64,000 nucleotides of DNA from Clostridia bacterium. Lineage in GTDB: Bacteria; Bacillota; Clostridia; Oscillospirales; Acutalibacteraceae. A model generated the notes under the pieces. That model was not told where the DNA came from and ran no database searches. It saw nothing but the letters and a program-made list of their open reading frames with translations. The translations under genes and the position numbers were made by a program. This document shows, one piece after another, positions 22,878 to 31,884 of this stretch; the first letter of the stretch is position 1, and each line of letters begins with the position of its first letter. The DNA is taken from contig JAFWZR010000020.1 in assembly GCA_017522225.1 (NCBI GenBank), positions 15,805-79,804 on the forward strand. Direction: 5' to 3'.

Positions 22878-23369
22878 ATGGTCTACCCGCAAAATAATGA
22901 ACGTGTTTCAAAAATTGATACATATCTCAACTGTGCGGAGGTTTTTGCCTACCGAAGCACCTGCCTTAAAAGAAAATACGGGGCAGTTATCGTCAAGGAC
23001 GATGCTGTTATTTCAACAGGCTACAACGGTTCTCCGCGAGGCTTTGAAAACTGCTGTGAGCTCGGCTCCTGTCCGAGAATCGCCAAAAATATGCATCAGG
23101 GTGAGGGGTACGGAATCTGCCGTGCAGTTCACGCGGAAATGAATGCTCTTCTTAACTGCTCCAGACAGCAGACGTTGGGCGCAGACCTTTACCTTGCAGG
23201 TATAAATCCCTCTGACAACTCTGTCCACAAGGCTAAGCCCTGTCCCGTATGTGCAAGGCAGATTATTCAGGCAGGTATCAGAAACGTCTATCTGCGTGTC
23301 GGTGACGGTGCGGAAAACTACATTGTTATCCCTGCAAACGAATTAAAATGGCTTCAGACGGAGGAATAA
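22878..23369 (+). CDS. Deoxycytidylate (dCMP) deaminase, ComEB-like
   Basis: Zinc motifs HAEMNA and PCPVCA. I prefer the ATG at 22878 (GAAGGA RBS), because the track start at 22848 lies inside a TTGACT-17-TATGCT promoter. Confidence 0.85.
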   Translation: MVYPQNNERVSKIDTYLNCAEVFAYRSTCLKRKYGAVIVKDDAVISTGYNGSPRGFENCCELGSCPRIAKNMHQGEGYGICRAVHAEMNALLNCSRQQTLGADLYLAGINPSDNSVHKAKPCPVCARQIIQAGIRNVYLRVGDGAENYIVIPANELKWLQTEE

Positions 23370-23373
23370 CAGT

Positions 23374-23673
23374 ATGTCAGAAATTTTAGAAATTATTATG
23401 ATAGTCAGCTTCGGTGCGTCGTGGCCGATGAATGTTATAAAATCCTACAAGGCTCGTACAGCCAAGGGTAAAAGTCTTGCGTTTCTGCTTCTTATTTTCT
23501 TCGGCTATATCGCAGGAATCGCGTCCAAATTCCTGAATGAGGCTTATATGGCTTCTTTCGGCGAAAAATGGTATGTGCTTTTCTTTTACTTTCTCAATCT
23601 CTGTATGGTCGGCACGGATTTAATTCTTTATTTCCGCAACAAAAAGCTTGATAAACGCGAGGGTGAAAAGTAA
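23374..23673 (+). CDS. Small 3-TM membrane protein, PQ-loop/SemiSWEET-like architecture
   Basis: 99 aa with three predicted TM helices. The first helix ends in SWPMNVIKSYKARTAKGKS, which resembles the PQ-loop segment of SemiSWEETs but has PM instead of PQ. Confidence 0.4.
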   Translation: MSEILEIIMIVSFGASWPMNVIKSYKARTAKGKSLAFLLLIFFGYIAGIASKFLNEAYMASFGEKWYVLFFYFLNLCMVGTDLILYFRNKKLDKREGEK

Positions 23674-24401
23674 TGAAAATTCTTTCAATCGGCAACAGCT
23701 TTTCTGAGGATGCACAGCGTTGGCTTCACATGATTGCCGAAGCTAACGGAGAAAGCCTTGAATGTGCCAATCTCTTTATCGGAGGTTGCAGCCTTCAGAC
23801 ACATTGGATAAATGAAAAAGAAAACAATGCCTTTTATGATTATCAGGTCAATGGCAATGACGCAAAAGAAAAAATCAGCATTGCAGACGCCCTTAAGAGA
23901 GACAAGTGGGACATTGTAACCCTTCAGCAGGTCAGCGGTCTGAGCGGAATAGCCGAAAGCTATGAGCCGTATCTTGGGGAGCTTCTGACGGTTGTAAGGT
24001 CAGCTCTGCCCGATGCGGAAATTTACCTTCATCAGACATGGAGTTATGAAATCGGTTCAGAGCATCCTGATTTTGTGAACTACAACAAGGACCGTAGAGA
24101 AATGCACAGCCGTATAAAACAGACCGTGCAGATGTATTCGGAAAAATACGGACTAAAAATACTTCCGTCAGGCGACATTATAAACACATTGCGTGAAAAT
24201 ACTGCTGAATTTGATTATCCGAACGGCGGATTATCTCTGTGCCGTGACAGCTTCCACCTGAGCTACGATTACGGCAGATTTGCCGCAGGTGCAACCTGGT
24301 TTGTTACACTAACGGACAAAAAAATTACTTATGCCGTATTTGAAGATTTTGATAAAAGCCTTGTAAAAATAATATCAGATACAGTAAATTCACTCATATA
24401 A
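23673..24401 (+). CDS. DUF4886-type SGNH-fold hydrolase
   Basis: 242 aa. The N-terminal KILSIGNSFSED block resembles DUF4886/GDSL-like proteins. The start overlaps the preceding stop (TAATG). Confidence 0.6.
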   Translation: MKILSIGNSFSEDAQRWLHMIAEANGESLECANLFIGGCSLQTHWINEKENNAFYDYQVNGNDAKEKISIADALKRDKWDIVTLQQVSGLSGIAESYEPYLGELLTVVRSALPDAEIYLHQTWSYEIGSEHPDFVNYNKDRREMHSRIKQTVQMYSEKYGLKILPSGDIINTLRENTAEFDYPNGGLSLCRDSFHLSYDYGRFAAGATWFVTLTDKKITYAVFEDFDKSLVKIISDTVNSLI

Positions 24402-24402
24402 A

Positions 24403-24440
24403 AAACCGTGTTCCGTAACAGGAACACGGTTTCATTTTTT
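24403..24440. terminator. Bidirectional terminator
   Basis: AAACCGTGTTCC-loop-GGAACACGGTTT followed by CATTTTTT. Confidence 0.8.
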
Positions 24441-26112
24441 ATTTTATGGGTGTGATTTCATAGAACACAACTGCATTCGGATTAAGTGTGATATCAAGCT
24501 TAAGTTTGCCGTTTTTAACCTCAGCCTCAGTTACAGTCGGCTCAAGCTGTGAGCATTCCTCGTATTTATCCCTGAGCTCGTTAAAATAAATATCCCTTGC
24601 CCAACCCTCTCTGAGTGTTGTCGGATTTTCAATCTGCGGGTCATCGGGTGACCAGTCGAAGCAATCGTCTGTGATATTGTACTTGATCCTGTCCTCCTGC
24701 CACTCGTCAAAATAGTTGCAGCTGTCATCGATTACATAAGCCGTTACACGTACCTTCTGACCGTCAAGCTCAGGCAATCTGATTTTGAAATCAAGGTTAG
24801 CGCAACGCTGATAATCAACATCATTTTTGTAGTTATATGCCATAATGTGAACGGTGTTTGTGTCTTCGTTATAAGCAGAAACAGCATCAACCTCAACTCC
24901 CGGAAGAAGAGCGCGTAAAGTCTTTCTTGTCTTCACAAGGTTTGCTCCGTCAAACTTTGCCGCATTCTGTGCAACGTGGTAGCTGACGGTCGGATGTCCG
25001 TCAAGCAGACCGTTTGAGAGGTACGACCACGCAGAGAAATAGTTGATGTTGTTATTGAACATCGTGCGGTAAAGACGTGCATCGTAAGCGCCCTGATAGG
25101 TATAGCCAACCGTACGGGTAAGAAGCTGATTGTCGATTTTGCCCGAAGAGTTTCCGACAAGAAGTCTGCCCTCGTCAACGCCGAAGATCAGGTTTTTAAG
25201 CCCTGCCTTATCGGCGGCCTTTTTAAGATGTTTCATTGTCTTTTCAAAATTCATTCCGTCTGTTTCTTCACCCGGGGAATAGTCGTAGAAGGATGCGGTA
25301 AGATAACAGATACGACTGCCCTTTTTGCCTGTTTTGTAATTAGTACCGTTTGCACAGTGATTGATGAAAATTCTCTCATCCCAATGACCTTCGGTAACAA
25401 CCATTGCATGTGCACCGACAAAGACATCCTCACCGATAACATCAATAAGTGCCTGCACCGTGTAATCGTAAAGCTTGCAGTATTCAACGGCTGCATCCTC
25501 AGGCTTTTCGCTGTTCGCCATAAACCAAGCGGCATTCTCGTACTCCGTCATAACACCGTAACGCCATGTGAGTACCTCTTCCCTGCCGAACTCGTCAACA
25601 AGTGCCTGTGCAATAGCTGCGATGTAGTTGTAATAAACATCGTAATCATCGGGCGGATAGATGTTTACTCCGAAATACTCGTCTGCACTCGCCTTTGCAG
25701 AATACTTCAGCGGCACACTGCCGAGCTTGAGCATCGGCTTTGCACCGAGCTCCAGAACACCGCGGCAATTCTCAATAAGCACGGTAAAATCGTAATCGTC
25801 AAGAACTGTTTTGTCGTACGGATCCTTGAAAAGATCGCGGTCTGCGTTACCGCCCGTACACTGCATAAACTGAACATAATCTACAAATTCAAAAATATTG
25901 TATTTTTCATTCACCTTTGCGCCGACAAAGGAGTTGCCCTGAATAGACCAGATGTTGACGTTGCTTACAGGATTCACAAGCTCCTGCTGAGTTTCCGAAA
26001 TTTCAACCGTGAAGTTATAATTGTTTATCAATTCAACTCCCGCATCCCACACACAGCTGAAAAAAGTCACTATAGCGGTAAAGAATGCTATTATCGGTTT
26101 TAAAAAATCCAT
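24439..26112 (-). CDS. Membrane-anchored putative glycoside hydrolase (clan GH-A TIM barrel, GH39-like)
   Basis: 557 aa with an N-terminal TM anchor. A central region (WRYGVMTEYEN) resembles the acid/base NEP/EYEN strand of GH-A enzymes. The C-terminus looks like a beta-sandwich. The family assignment is tentative. Confidence 0.45.
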   Translation of the reverse strand: MDFLKPIIAFFTAIVTFFSCVWDAGVELINNYNFTVEISETQQELVNPVSNVNIWSIQGNSFVGAKVNEKYNIFEFVDYVQFMQCTGGNADRDLFKDPYDKTVLDDYDFTVLIENCRGVLELGAKPMLKLGSVPLKYSAKASADEYFGVNIYPPDDYDVYYNYIAAIAQALVDEFGREEVLTWRYGVMTEYENAAWFMANSEKPEDAAVEYCKLYDYTVQALIDVIGEDVFVGAHAMVVTEGHWDERIFINHCANGTNYKTGKKGSRICYLTASFYDYSPGEETDGMNFEKTMKHLKKAADKAGLKNLIFGVDEGRLLVGNSSGKIDNQLLTRTVGYTYQGAYDARLYRTMFNNNINYFSAWSYLSNGLLDGHPTVSYHVAQNAAKFDGANLVKTRKTLRALLPGVEVDAVSAYNEDTNTVHIMAYNYKNDVDYQRCANLDFKIRLPELDGQKVRVTAYVIDDSCNYFDEWQEDRIKYNITDDCFDWSPDDPQIENPTTLREGWARDIYFNELRDKYEECSQLEPTVTEAEVKNGKLKLDITLNPNAVVFYEITPIK

Positions 26113-26263
26113 ACATATCTCCTCCTTTTTCTAATTTTTTATTATAACAAACTAGCCAATATGATGCAAGTGTAAAAATCAATCTTCTTCTTTGCAAAAT
26201 TCGATTGGCTTTTACAATACCCTGTGCTACAATAAAAAAAATACTTTCAAGAGGTGCAAAGAA

Positions 26264-26935
26264 ATGACTCTTAAAGAAGCGATGGTGGAAAGACACTCCG
26301 TCCGCAGATTTACCGAACAAAAGCTCGACGATGCAGCAGTTTCCGAATTACAGAAGGCTATCGACGAGTGTAACAAAAAAAGCGGACTCAACATACAGCT
26401 TATACTCAACGAGCCCGAGGCTTTCGGCTCAGGAATGGCTAAGTACGGCAATTTTGAAAACTGCAGTAACTACATTGCAATCGCAGGTAAAAAGAACGCT
26501 GATGAAATCTGCGGATACTACGGTGAGCAGATTGTTCTTCTTGCACAGCAGCTGGGACTCAACACCTGTTGGGTTGCCCTTACCTTCAACAAATCAAAGG
26601 CTGTTTACGAGCTTAACGACGGTGAAAAGCTGCTTATCGTAATCGCTCTCGGTTACGGGCAGACACAGGGCAAAACCCGTCCGAGCAAGCCCATAGAGGA
26701 GCTCTGCACCGTAAAGAATGGTGAGATGCCCGATTGGTTCAAGTCTGCAATGATTGCTGTTATGCTCGCACCGACAGCCGTTAATCAGCAGAAGTTCCAC
26801 TTCACCCTTGACGGCAATAGGGTAGAAGCAAAAACAAGCTTTGGCTTCTATTCAAAAATCGACCTCGGCATAGCAAAATATCACTTTGAAGTTGGCGCAG
26901 GAAATGCTGATTTTGTCTGGGCTGAAGAAGATTGA
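26264..26935 (+). CDS. Nitroreductase family protein
   Basis: The N-terminal RHSVRRF motif and a length of about 223 aa fit the family. AGAGGTG RBS before the ATG at 26264. Confidence 0.8.
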   Translation: MTLKEAMVERHSVRRFTEQKLDDAAVSELQKAIDECNKKSGLNIQLILNEPEAFGSGMAKYGNFENCSNYIAIAGKKNADEICGYYGEQIVLLAQQLGLNTCWVALTFNKSKAVYELNDGEKLLIVIALGYGQTQGKTRPSKPIEELCTVKNGEMPDWFKSAMIAVMLAPTAVNQQKFHFTLDGNRVEAKTSFGFYSKIDLGIAKYHFEVGAGNADFVWAEED

Positions 26936-26956
26936 CAAAAAATAAACAATTTCCTG

Positions 26957-26985
26957 TTGACCTTTTGAATTCGATATAGTATAAT
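26957..26985 (+). promoter_or_regulatory. Promoter of the hyd maturase operon
   Basis: TTGACC (26957-26962), a 17-nt spacer, then TATAAT (26980-26985). Confidence 0.6.
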
Positions 26986-26990
26986 ACATA

Positions 26991-27003
26991 TACAAAGTTT
27001 GTA
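26991..27003. promoter_or_regulatory. Perfect 13-bp palindrome at the predicted transcription start (candidate operator)
   Basis: TACAAA-G-TTTGTA starts 5 nt after the -10 hexamer. Confidence 0.4.
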
Positions 27004-27031
27004 CCTGACACAAAGATTTTTCTGACTGAAA

Positions 27032-27094
27032 GGTGACGGCTGAAATTTGTATTGGTATCGCCGCACCCTTTTTTGTCGGGTGCGGTGATTTTTT
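27032..27094 (+). promoter_or_regulatory. Leader terminator with a possible antiterminator (attenuator/riboswitch-like)
   Basis: 12-bp stem ATCGCCGCACCC-loop-GGGTGCGGTGAT plus TTTTTT, ending 3 nt before the GGAGG RBS. Upstream GGTGACGGC (27032-27040) can pair with the 5' arm GCCGCACC. Confidence 0.55.
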
Positions 27095-27105
27095 GGAGGT
27101 AAAAT

Positions 27106-27363
27106 ATGGAAACAAGAGTTGCCGTTATGAGCATTATCGTTGAAAAAAATGACACGGTAGAAAAACTCAACTCAATTCTGCACGATTACGGTGAATTTAT
27201 CATCGGCAGAATGGGCATACCCTACCGTGCAAGAAATATAAATATTATAAGCATTGCAATTGATGCGCCGCAGGATATGATTTCTGCACTTTCGGGCAAG
27301 ATCGGCAGACTTGACGGTGTAAGCGTCAAAACCGCTTATTCGGGTGTGGTCTCAAATGACTGA
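27106..27363 (+). CDS. ACT-like small regulator of the iron-only hydrogenase system (TM1266 family)
   Basis: 85 aa. Its sequence pattern and its position directly upstream of hydE/G/F match the TM1266-like family (from memory). Confidence 0.7.
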   Translation: METRVAVMSIIVEKNDTVEKLNSILHDYGEFIIGRMGIPYRARNINIISIAIDAPQDMISALSGKIGRLDGVSVKTAYSGVVSND

Positions 27364-28405
27364 TATTCTCACACTTATTGAAAAGCTTGAAAAAGAGCAT
27401 TCGCTCACATCGGCAGAATATGAATTTTTAATTGACAACCGTACTCCAGAAGCAGCAGAAATACTTGCAAAAAAAGCAGAGAAAATCCGTCAGGAGATTT
27501 ACGGTAACGCTGTTTTTATCCGCGGACTCATCGAAGTCAGCAACATCTGTAAAAACGACTGTCTTTACTGCGGAATCAGGCGTTCAAACCGTAACTGTGA
27601 CCGCTACAGGCTGACCAAGGACGAAATCCTTGAGTGCTGTGACGACGGTTACCGACTCGGCTTCCGCACCTTTGTTTTGCAAGGCGGTGAGGACAGAGCC
27701 TTCAATGACGATTTGCTGTGCGACATCGTAAAAAGCATTAAAGAAAAACATCCTGACTGTGCTGTTACCCTCTCAATGGGTGAAAAAAGTGAAGAAAGCT
27801 ATCAGAAGCTTTTTAACGCGGGTGCTGACCGTTATCTTTTAAGGCACGAAACAGCTGACAGCGAGCATTACGCAAGGCTTCATCCCGAAGAAATGAGCTT
27901 TGAAACAAGAATGGAATGCCTGAAAGCACTTAAAAAAATCGGCTTCCAGACAGGCTGCGGCTTTATGGTCGGCTCACCGTACCAGACAACGGCAATGCTT
28001 GCTAAGGACCTGAAATTTATTGAAGAGTTCAAACCCGATATGTGCGGAATAGGACCGTTTGTGCCGCACAGGGATACCCCATTTGCAGACAAACAAGGCG
28101 GCTCGGCAGAGCTTACCTGCTATCTGCTGTCAATCATCCGTCTTATCCACCCACCCGTGCTTCTGCCGTCCACAACGGCACTCGGCACCATTGACGAAAA
28201 CGGACGAGAAAAAGGAATACTTGCAGGGGCAAATGTTGTTATGCCAAACCTTTCCCCAAGCTCCGTCAGAAAAAAATACGAGCTTTATAACAATAAGCTT
28301 TCCGACGGTGACGAATCGGCACAATGTAAGGAAAGCCTTAACGAAAGAATAAAAAAAATCGGCTACGAAATCGTAACCGACAGAGGAGATGTAAAAAATG
28401 GCTGA
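27356..28405 (+). CDS. hydE: [FeFe]-hydrogenase maturase HydE (radical SAM)
   Basis: CKNDCLYC (CX3CX2C) radical SAM motif with a biotin-synthase-like body. The ATG at 27356 overlaps the upstream stop. Confidence 0.9.
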   Translation: MTDILTLIEKLEKEHSLTSAEYEFLIDNRTPEAAEILAKKAEKIRQEIYGNAVFIRGLIEVSNICKNDCLYCGIRRSNRNCDRYRLTKDEILECCDDGYRLGFRTFVLQGGEDRAFNDDLLCDIVKSIKEKHPDCAVTLSMGEKSEESYQKLFNAGADRYLLRHETADSEHYARLHPEEMSFETRMECLKALKKIGFQTGCGFMVGSPYQTTAMLAKDLKFIEEFKPDMCGIGPFVPHRDTPFADKQGGSAELTCYLLSIIRLIHPPVLLPSTTALGTIDENGREKGILAGANVVMPNLSPSSVRKKYELYNNKLSDGDESAQCKESLNERIKKIGYEIVTDRGDVKNG

Positions 28406-29846
28406 ATTTAATCCGAAATCACTTAAAGCCGAAGAATTTATCAATGACGGTGAAATCCGTGCAACACTCGAATATGCCGAGGCTAACAAGAACAACGTTG
28501 AGCTGATTGACGAAATTCTTGAAAAGGCTCGCCCGAAAAAGACGGAAACAGGCTACGTCTGCGCAGGACTTACACACCGAGAGGCAAGCGTGCTTCTTGC
28601 CTGCGACATTCCCGAAAAAATTGAAGAAATCTATAAAATCGCAGAGGAAATCAAGCTTGCTTTTTACGGTAACCGCATCGTAATTTTTGCACCGCTTTAC
28701 CTTTCCAACTACTGCATCAACGGTTGCGTTTACTGTCCGTATCACAGACAGAACAAGTGCATCACAAGAAAGAAGCTGACTCAGGAAGAGGTTAAGGCTG
28801 AGGTTATCGCACTTCAGGATATGGGACACAAGCGTCTTGCCATCGAAGCAGGCGAAGACCCCAAAAACAACCCGATTGAGTACATTCTCGAATGTATCAA
28901 CACAATCTACAGCGTCAACCACAAGAACGGCGCTATCCGCCGTGTTAACGTCAACATTGCCGCAACTACGGTTGAAAACTACCGCAAGCTAAAGGATGCG
29001 GGTATCGGCACATACATCCTTTTCCAGGAGACTTATCACAAGGAAAGCTATCTCCAGCTTCATCCCTCGGGTCCGAAGCACGACTATGATTACCACACGG
29101 AGGCTATGGACAGAGCGATGGAGGGCGGCATCGATGACGTCGGTCTTGGTGTTCTGTTCGGACTTGAGCTTTACAAGTACGAGTTTGCAGGACTTATTAT
29201 GCACGCTGAGCATCTTGAGGCTGTTCACGGTGTAGGTCCGCACACAATCAGCGTTCCTCGAATCAAGCATGCAGATGACATTGATCCGGGTGCGTTTGAT
29301 AACTCAATTTCTGACGATATTTTTGCAAAAATTACAGCTTGTATCCGTCTTGCTGTGCCTTACACAGGCATCATCATCTCAACAAGAGAGAGCGAAGAGG
29401 TCCGTTCAAAGCTCCTTCGTCTCGGTGTTTCACAGGTAAGCGGCGGTTCAAGAACATCCGTCGGCGGTTACACTCAGGAGGAGCGTCCGCACGACACAGA
29501 GCAGTTCGATGTCTCTGACCAGCGTACACTCGACGAGGTTGTTCACTGGCTTATGCAGAACGGTCACATCCCCTCTTTCTGCACAGCTTGTTACCGCGAG
29601 GGCAGAACGGGCGACCGCTTTATGAGTCTTTGCAAGAGCGGACAGATTCTTAACTGCTGCCACCCGAACGCACTTATGACGCTCACGGAGTACCTGACGG
29701 ACTACGCTTCCGAGGAAACAAAGAAAACAGGCTTTGAGGTTATCGAAAAAGAGCTTACCAAAATCCCGAAGGAAAAGGTAAGACAGATTGCAGAGGATAA
29801 CATCAGAGACATCAAAAATTCAAACCGCAGAGACTTCAGATTTTAA
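28398..29846 (+). CDS. hydG: [FeFe]-hydrogenase maturase HydG (radical SAM tyrosine lyase)
   Basis: 482 aa. N-terminal CINGCVYC cluster motif and the C-terminal CX2CX22C motif (CTAC...NCC) characteristic of HydG. Confidence 0.92.
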   Translation: MAEFNPKSLKAEEFINDGEIRATLEYAEANKNNVELIDEILEKARPKKTETGYVCAGLTHREASVLLACDIPEKIEEIYKIAEEIKLAFYGNRIVIFAPLYLSNYCINGCVYCPYHRQNKCITRKKLTQEEVKAEVIALQDMGHKRLAIEAGEDPKNNPIEYILECINTIYSVNHKNGAIRRVNVNIAATTVENYRKLKDAGIGTYILFQETYHKESYLQLHPSGPKHDYDYHTEAMDRAMEGGIDDVGLGVLFGLELYKYEFAGLIMHAEHLEAVHGVGPHTISVPRIKHADDIDPGAFDNSISDDIFAKITACIRLAVPYTGIIISTRESEEVRSKLLRLGVSQVSGGSRTSVGGYTQEERPHDTEQFDVSDQRTLDEVVHWLMQNGHIPSFCTACYREGRTGDRFMSLCKSGQILNCCHPNALMTLTEYLTDYASEETKKTGFEVIEKELTKIPKEKVRQIAEDNIRDIKNSNRRDFRF

Positions 29847-29857
29847 GGAGTTTTATT

Positions 29858-31060
29858 ATGGGACTTAACGATACTGTATCTGCCGAAAGAGTCCACATCG
29901 GCTTTTTCGGTAAGCGCAATGCCGGTAAATCGAGCGTTGTCAATGCCGTAACGGGGCAGGAATTGGCTGTTGTTTCGTCCGTCAAGGGCACAACAACCGA
30001 CCCCGTTAAAAAAGCTATGGAGCTTTTACCGATCGGCCCTGTTGTGATTATCGACACACCCGGCATTGATGACGAGAGCACACTCGGTGAGCTTCGCGTA
30101 AAAAAGACAAAGCAGATACTTGCTAAAACTGATATTGCCGTGCTTGTTGTTGACGGAGAAAAGGGTCTTGATGACACCGACAGCGAGCTTATAAAGCTGT
30201 TTGAAGAAAGAAAAATTCCGCATATTGTTGCTCTGAATAAATCGGATTTGTTGAAAAGCATACCCGATACGGATGAAAAATCAATTTATGTGAGTGCAAC
30301 ACACGGCACAAATATAAATGAACTCAAAGAAAAAATCGGCAGCCTTGCAAAGACTGTCGAAAACAAAAAGCAGATTGTCGCCGACCTGATAGAAGACGGA
30401 GACGTGGTTGTGCTTGTTATTCCGATTGACGAATCCGCACCCAAAGGCAGACTGATTCTTCCTCAGCAGCAGACAATCCGCGACATCCTTGATGCAAACT
30501 GCACGGTTGTGTGCTGTCAGGATACGGAACTTACGCAGACACTCAAGGCTTTAGCTGTAAAGCCAAAGCTCGTTATCACAGACTCGCAGGCTTTCGGCAG
30601 AGTTTCCAAGGATACACCCGATGACATTCCTCTTACGTCTTTTTCGATCCTGTTTGCGCGTTACAAGGGCGACCTTGAAGCACTCGTCAGCGGTGCAGCT
30701 ATGCTCGGAAAGCTGAAAGACGGTGACAAGGTGCTCATCAGTGAGGGTTGTACCCACCACAGACAGTGCAATGACATAGGCACTGTGAAGATGCCCGGTT
30801 GGATAAGACAGTTTTCTCAGTCCGAGCCTGATTTTCATTTCACCTCGGGCGGTGATTTCCCCGAGGATATTGCAGAGTACAAGCTCATTGTTCACTGCGG
30901 CGGATGTATGCTCAATGAAAAAGAGATGAAACGCAGAATTGAACTTGCAAAAGAGGCAGGCGTGCCGATTGTAAACTACGGCATCGCAATTGCACAGATG
31001 CACGGTATTCTTAAAAGAAGCCTCGAACCCTTCCCTGATATTTTAAAGATTCTTGAATAA
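29858..31060 (+). CDS. hydF: [FeFe]-hydrogenase maturation GTPase HydF
   Basis: 400 aa. P-loop GKRNAGKSS and DTPG, plus the C-terminal cluster motif CTH...HCGGC. Confidence 0.92.
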   Translation: MGLNDTVSAERVHIGFFGKRNAGKSSVVNAVTGQELAVVSSVKGTTTDPVKKAMELLPIGPVVIIDTPGIDDESTLGELRVKKTKQILAKTDIAVLVVDGEKGLDDTDSELIKLFEERKIPHIVALNKSDLLKSIPDTDEKSIYVSATHGTNINELKEKIGSLAKTVENKKQIVADLIEDGDVVVLVIPIDESAPKGRLILPQQQTIRDILDANCTVVCCQDTELTQTLKALAVKPKLVITDSQAFGRVSKDTPDDIPLTSFSILFARYKGDLEALVSGAAMLGKLKDGDKVLISEGCTHHRQCNDIGTVKMPGWIRQFSQSEPDFHFTSGGDFPEDIAEYKLIVHCGGCMLNEKEMKRRIELAKEAGVPIVNYGIAIAQMHGILKRSLEPFPDILKILE

Positions 31061-31066
31061 AAATTG

Positions 31067-31099
31067 CCACCGATTTCACAGAGAAATCGGTGGTTTTTC
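31067..31099 (+). terminator. Terminator after hydF
   Basis: CCACCGATTTC-loop-GAAATCGGTGG followed by TTTTT. Confidence 0.85.
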
Positions 31100-31110
31100 T
31101 TATATAAAAG

Positions 31111-31758
31111 TTATTCGGTTTCTATTTTCTCCACTAACCAATGACAATAGCCTTTGACGAAATAAAAAGCAACCATTGCAAGTATCAAACCTAAAAACCC
31201 ACAACAAAAACCTAACAGTATTCCTTCGCCGAGCTCATCACCTAACAAACGGGAGAGAAATATTCCCAAACCTGCTCCAGCAACACACGCACCGGCAAGC
31301 AACGGGCTTTTTCCACTCGTTTGATTTAAATAACTGCCTTTAATTATTTTTCTGCTCTCTTTCTTCATGGTTGCAAAAGCAATAACAGGTACTAAAACAA
31401 CAAAAATAACGGCAGGTATCAAAAACCCGACCTCTGATGTGCTAAAAAACAAACACGAAACGAAACACAGATTAACAGACATAGCACACATAAAGCCTGC
31501 ATAATAAAACATTATGTTCGCCTGTGTTTTGCTGACTTTAAATTTAAACCACAGCATAAAAACAGCACAAATCAAAATAAAAACAACTTCTACAATTTTG
31601 ACCGCAACAGCTGAATTTATATAAAACGCACCAAGCAGACAGACGACAATATTAAAAAACATCGCACTGTACGCTCTTGTATCTTCAAGCTTGACGGTGT
31701 CAAACTCCACATACGCCTTCAGATTTTGACTATCCGTGTTTTTTAACTCTTTAAACAT
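31111..31758 (-). CDS. Hypothetical polytopic membrane protein
   Basis: 215 aa with about 6 hydrophobic segments. No motif recognised. The sequence looks AT-rich by eye. Confidence 0.55.
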   Translation of the reverse strand: MFKELKNTDSQNLKAYVEFDTVKLEDTRAYSAMFFNIVVCLLGAFYINSAVAVKIVEVVFILICAVFMLWFKFKVSKTQANIMFYYAGFMCAMSVNLCFVSCLFFSTSEVGFLIPAVIFVVLVPVIAFATMKKESRKIIKGSYLNQTSGKSPLLAGACVAGAGLGIFLSRLLGDELGEGILLGFCCGFLGLILAMVAFYFVKGYCHWLVEKIETE

Positions 31759-31830
31759 TTCATTTTTCTTCCTTTTTTATCATTCTATCACAAATCATTA
31801 TATAATTCAAACAGTATAATCACGCCTGTT

Positions 31831-31881
31831 CCCCACCCATCCGTCACGGCTTTGCCGTGCCACCTTCCCGTTCAGGGAAGG
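31831..31881. repeat. GC-rich double-hairpin element, related to part of the 43.2-43.5 kb island
   Basis: CCACCCATCCGTC + CACGG-ctttg-CCGTG + CCACC + CCTTCCC-gttca-GGGAAGG. It shares order and flank motifs with 43395-43441. Confidence 0.5.
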
Positions 31882-31884
31882 CTT

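Noticed and set aside
25228-26103. A 291-aa plus-strand ORF inside the 24439-26112 gene. Similar long antisense ORFs lie at 35390-36307 (+), 57604-58344 (-), 62125-62784 (+), 10021-10575 (-), 41036-41614 (+), 43468-44046 (+), 18878-19456 (+) and 45280-45873 (+).
   Set aside because: Each lies entirely antisense to a longer ORF that has clear family motifs. Their translations are low-complexity and Cys/His/Arg/Val-rich, and they have no RBS. These are typical shadow ORFs.
26802-27170. Minus-strand ORFs (122, 87 and 61 aa) spanning the end of the nitroreductase gene and the hyd promoter/leader.
   Set aside because: They overlap a convincing promoter, terminator and the starts and ends of real genes. 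They show no RBS or motif support.
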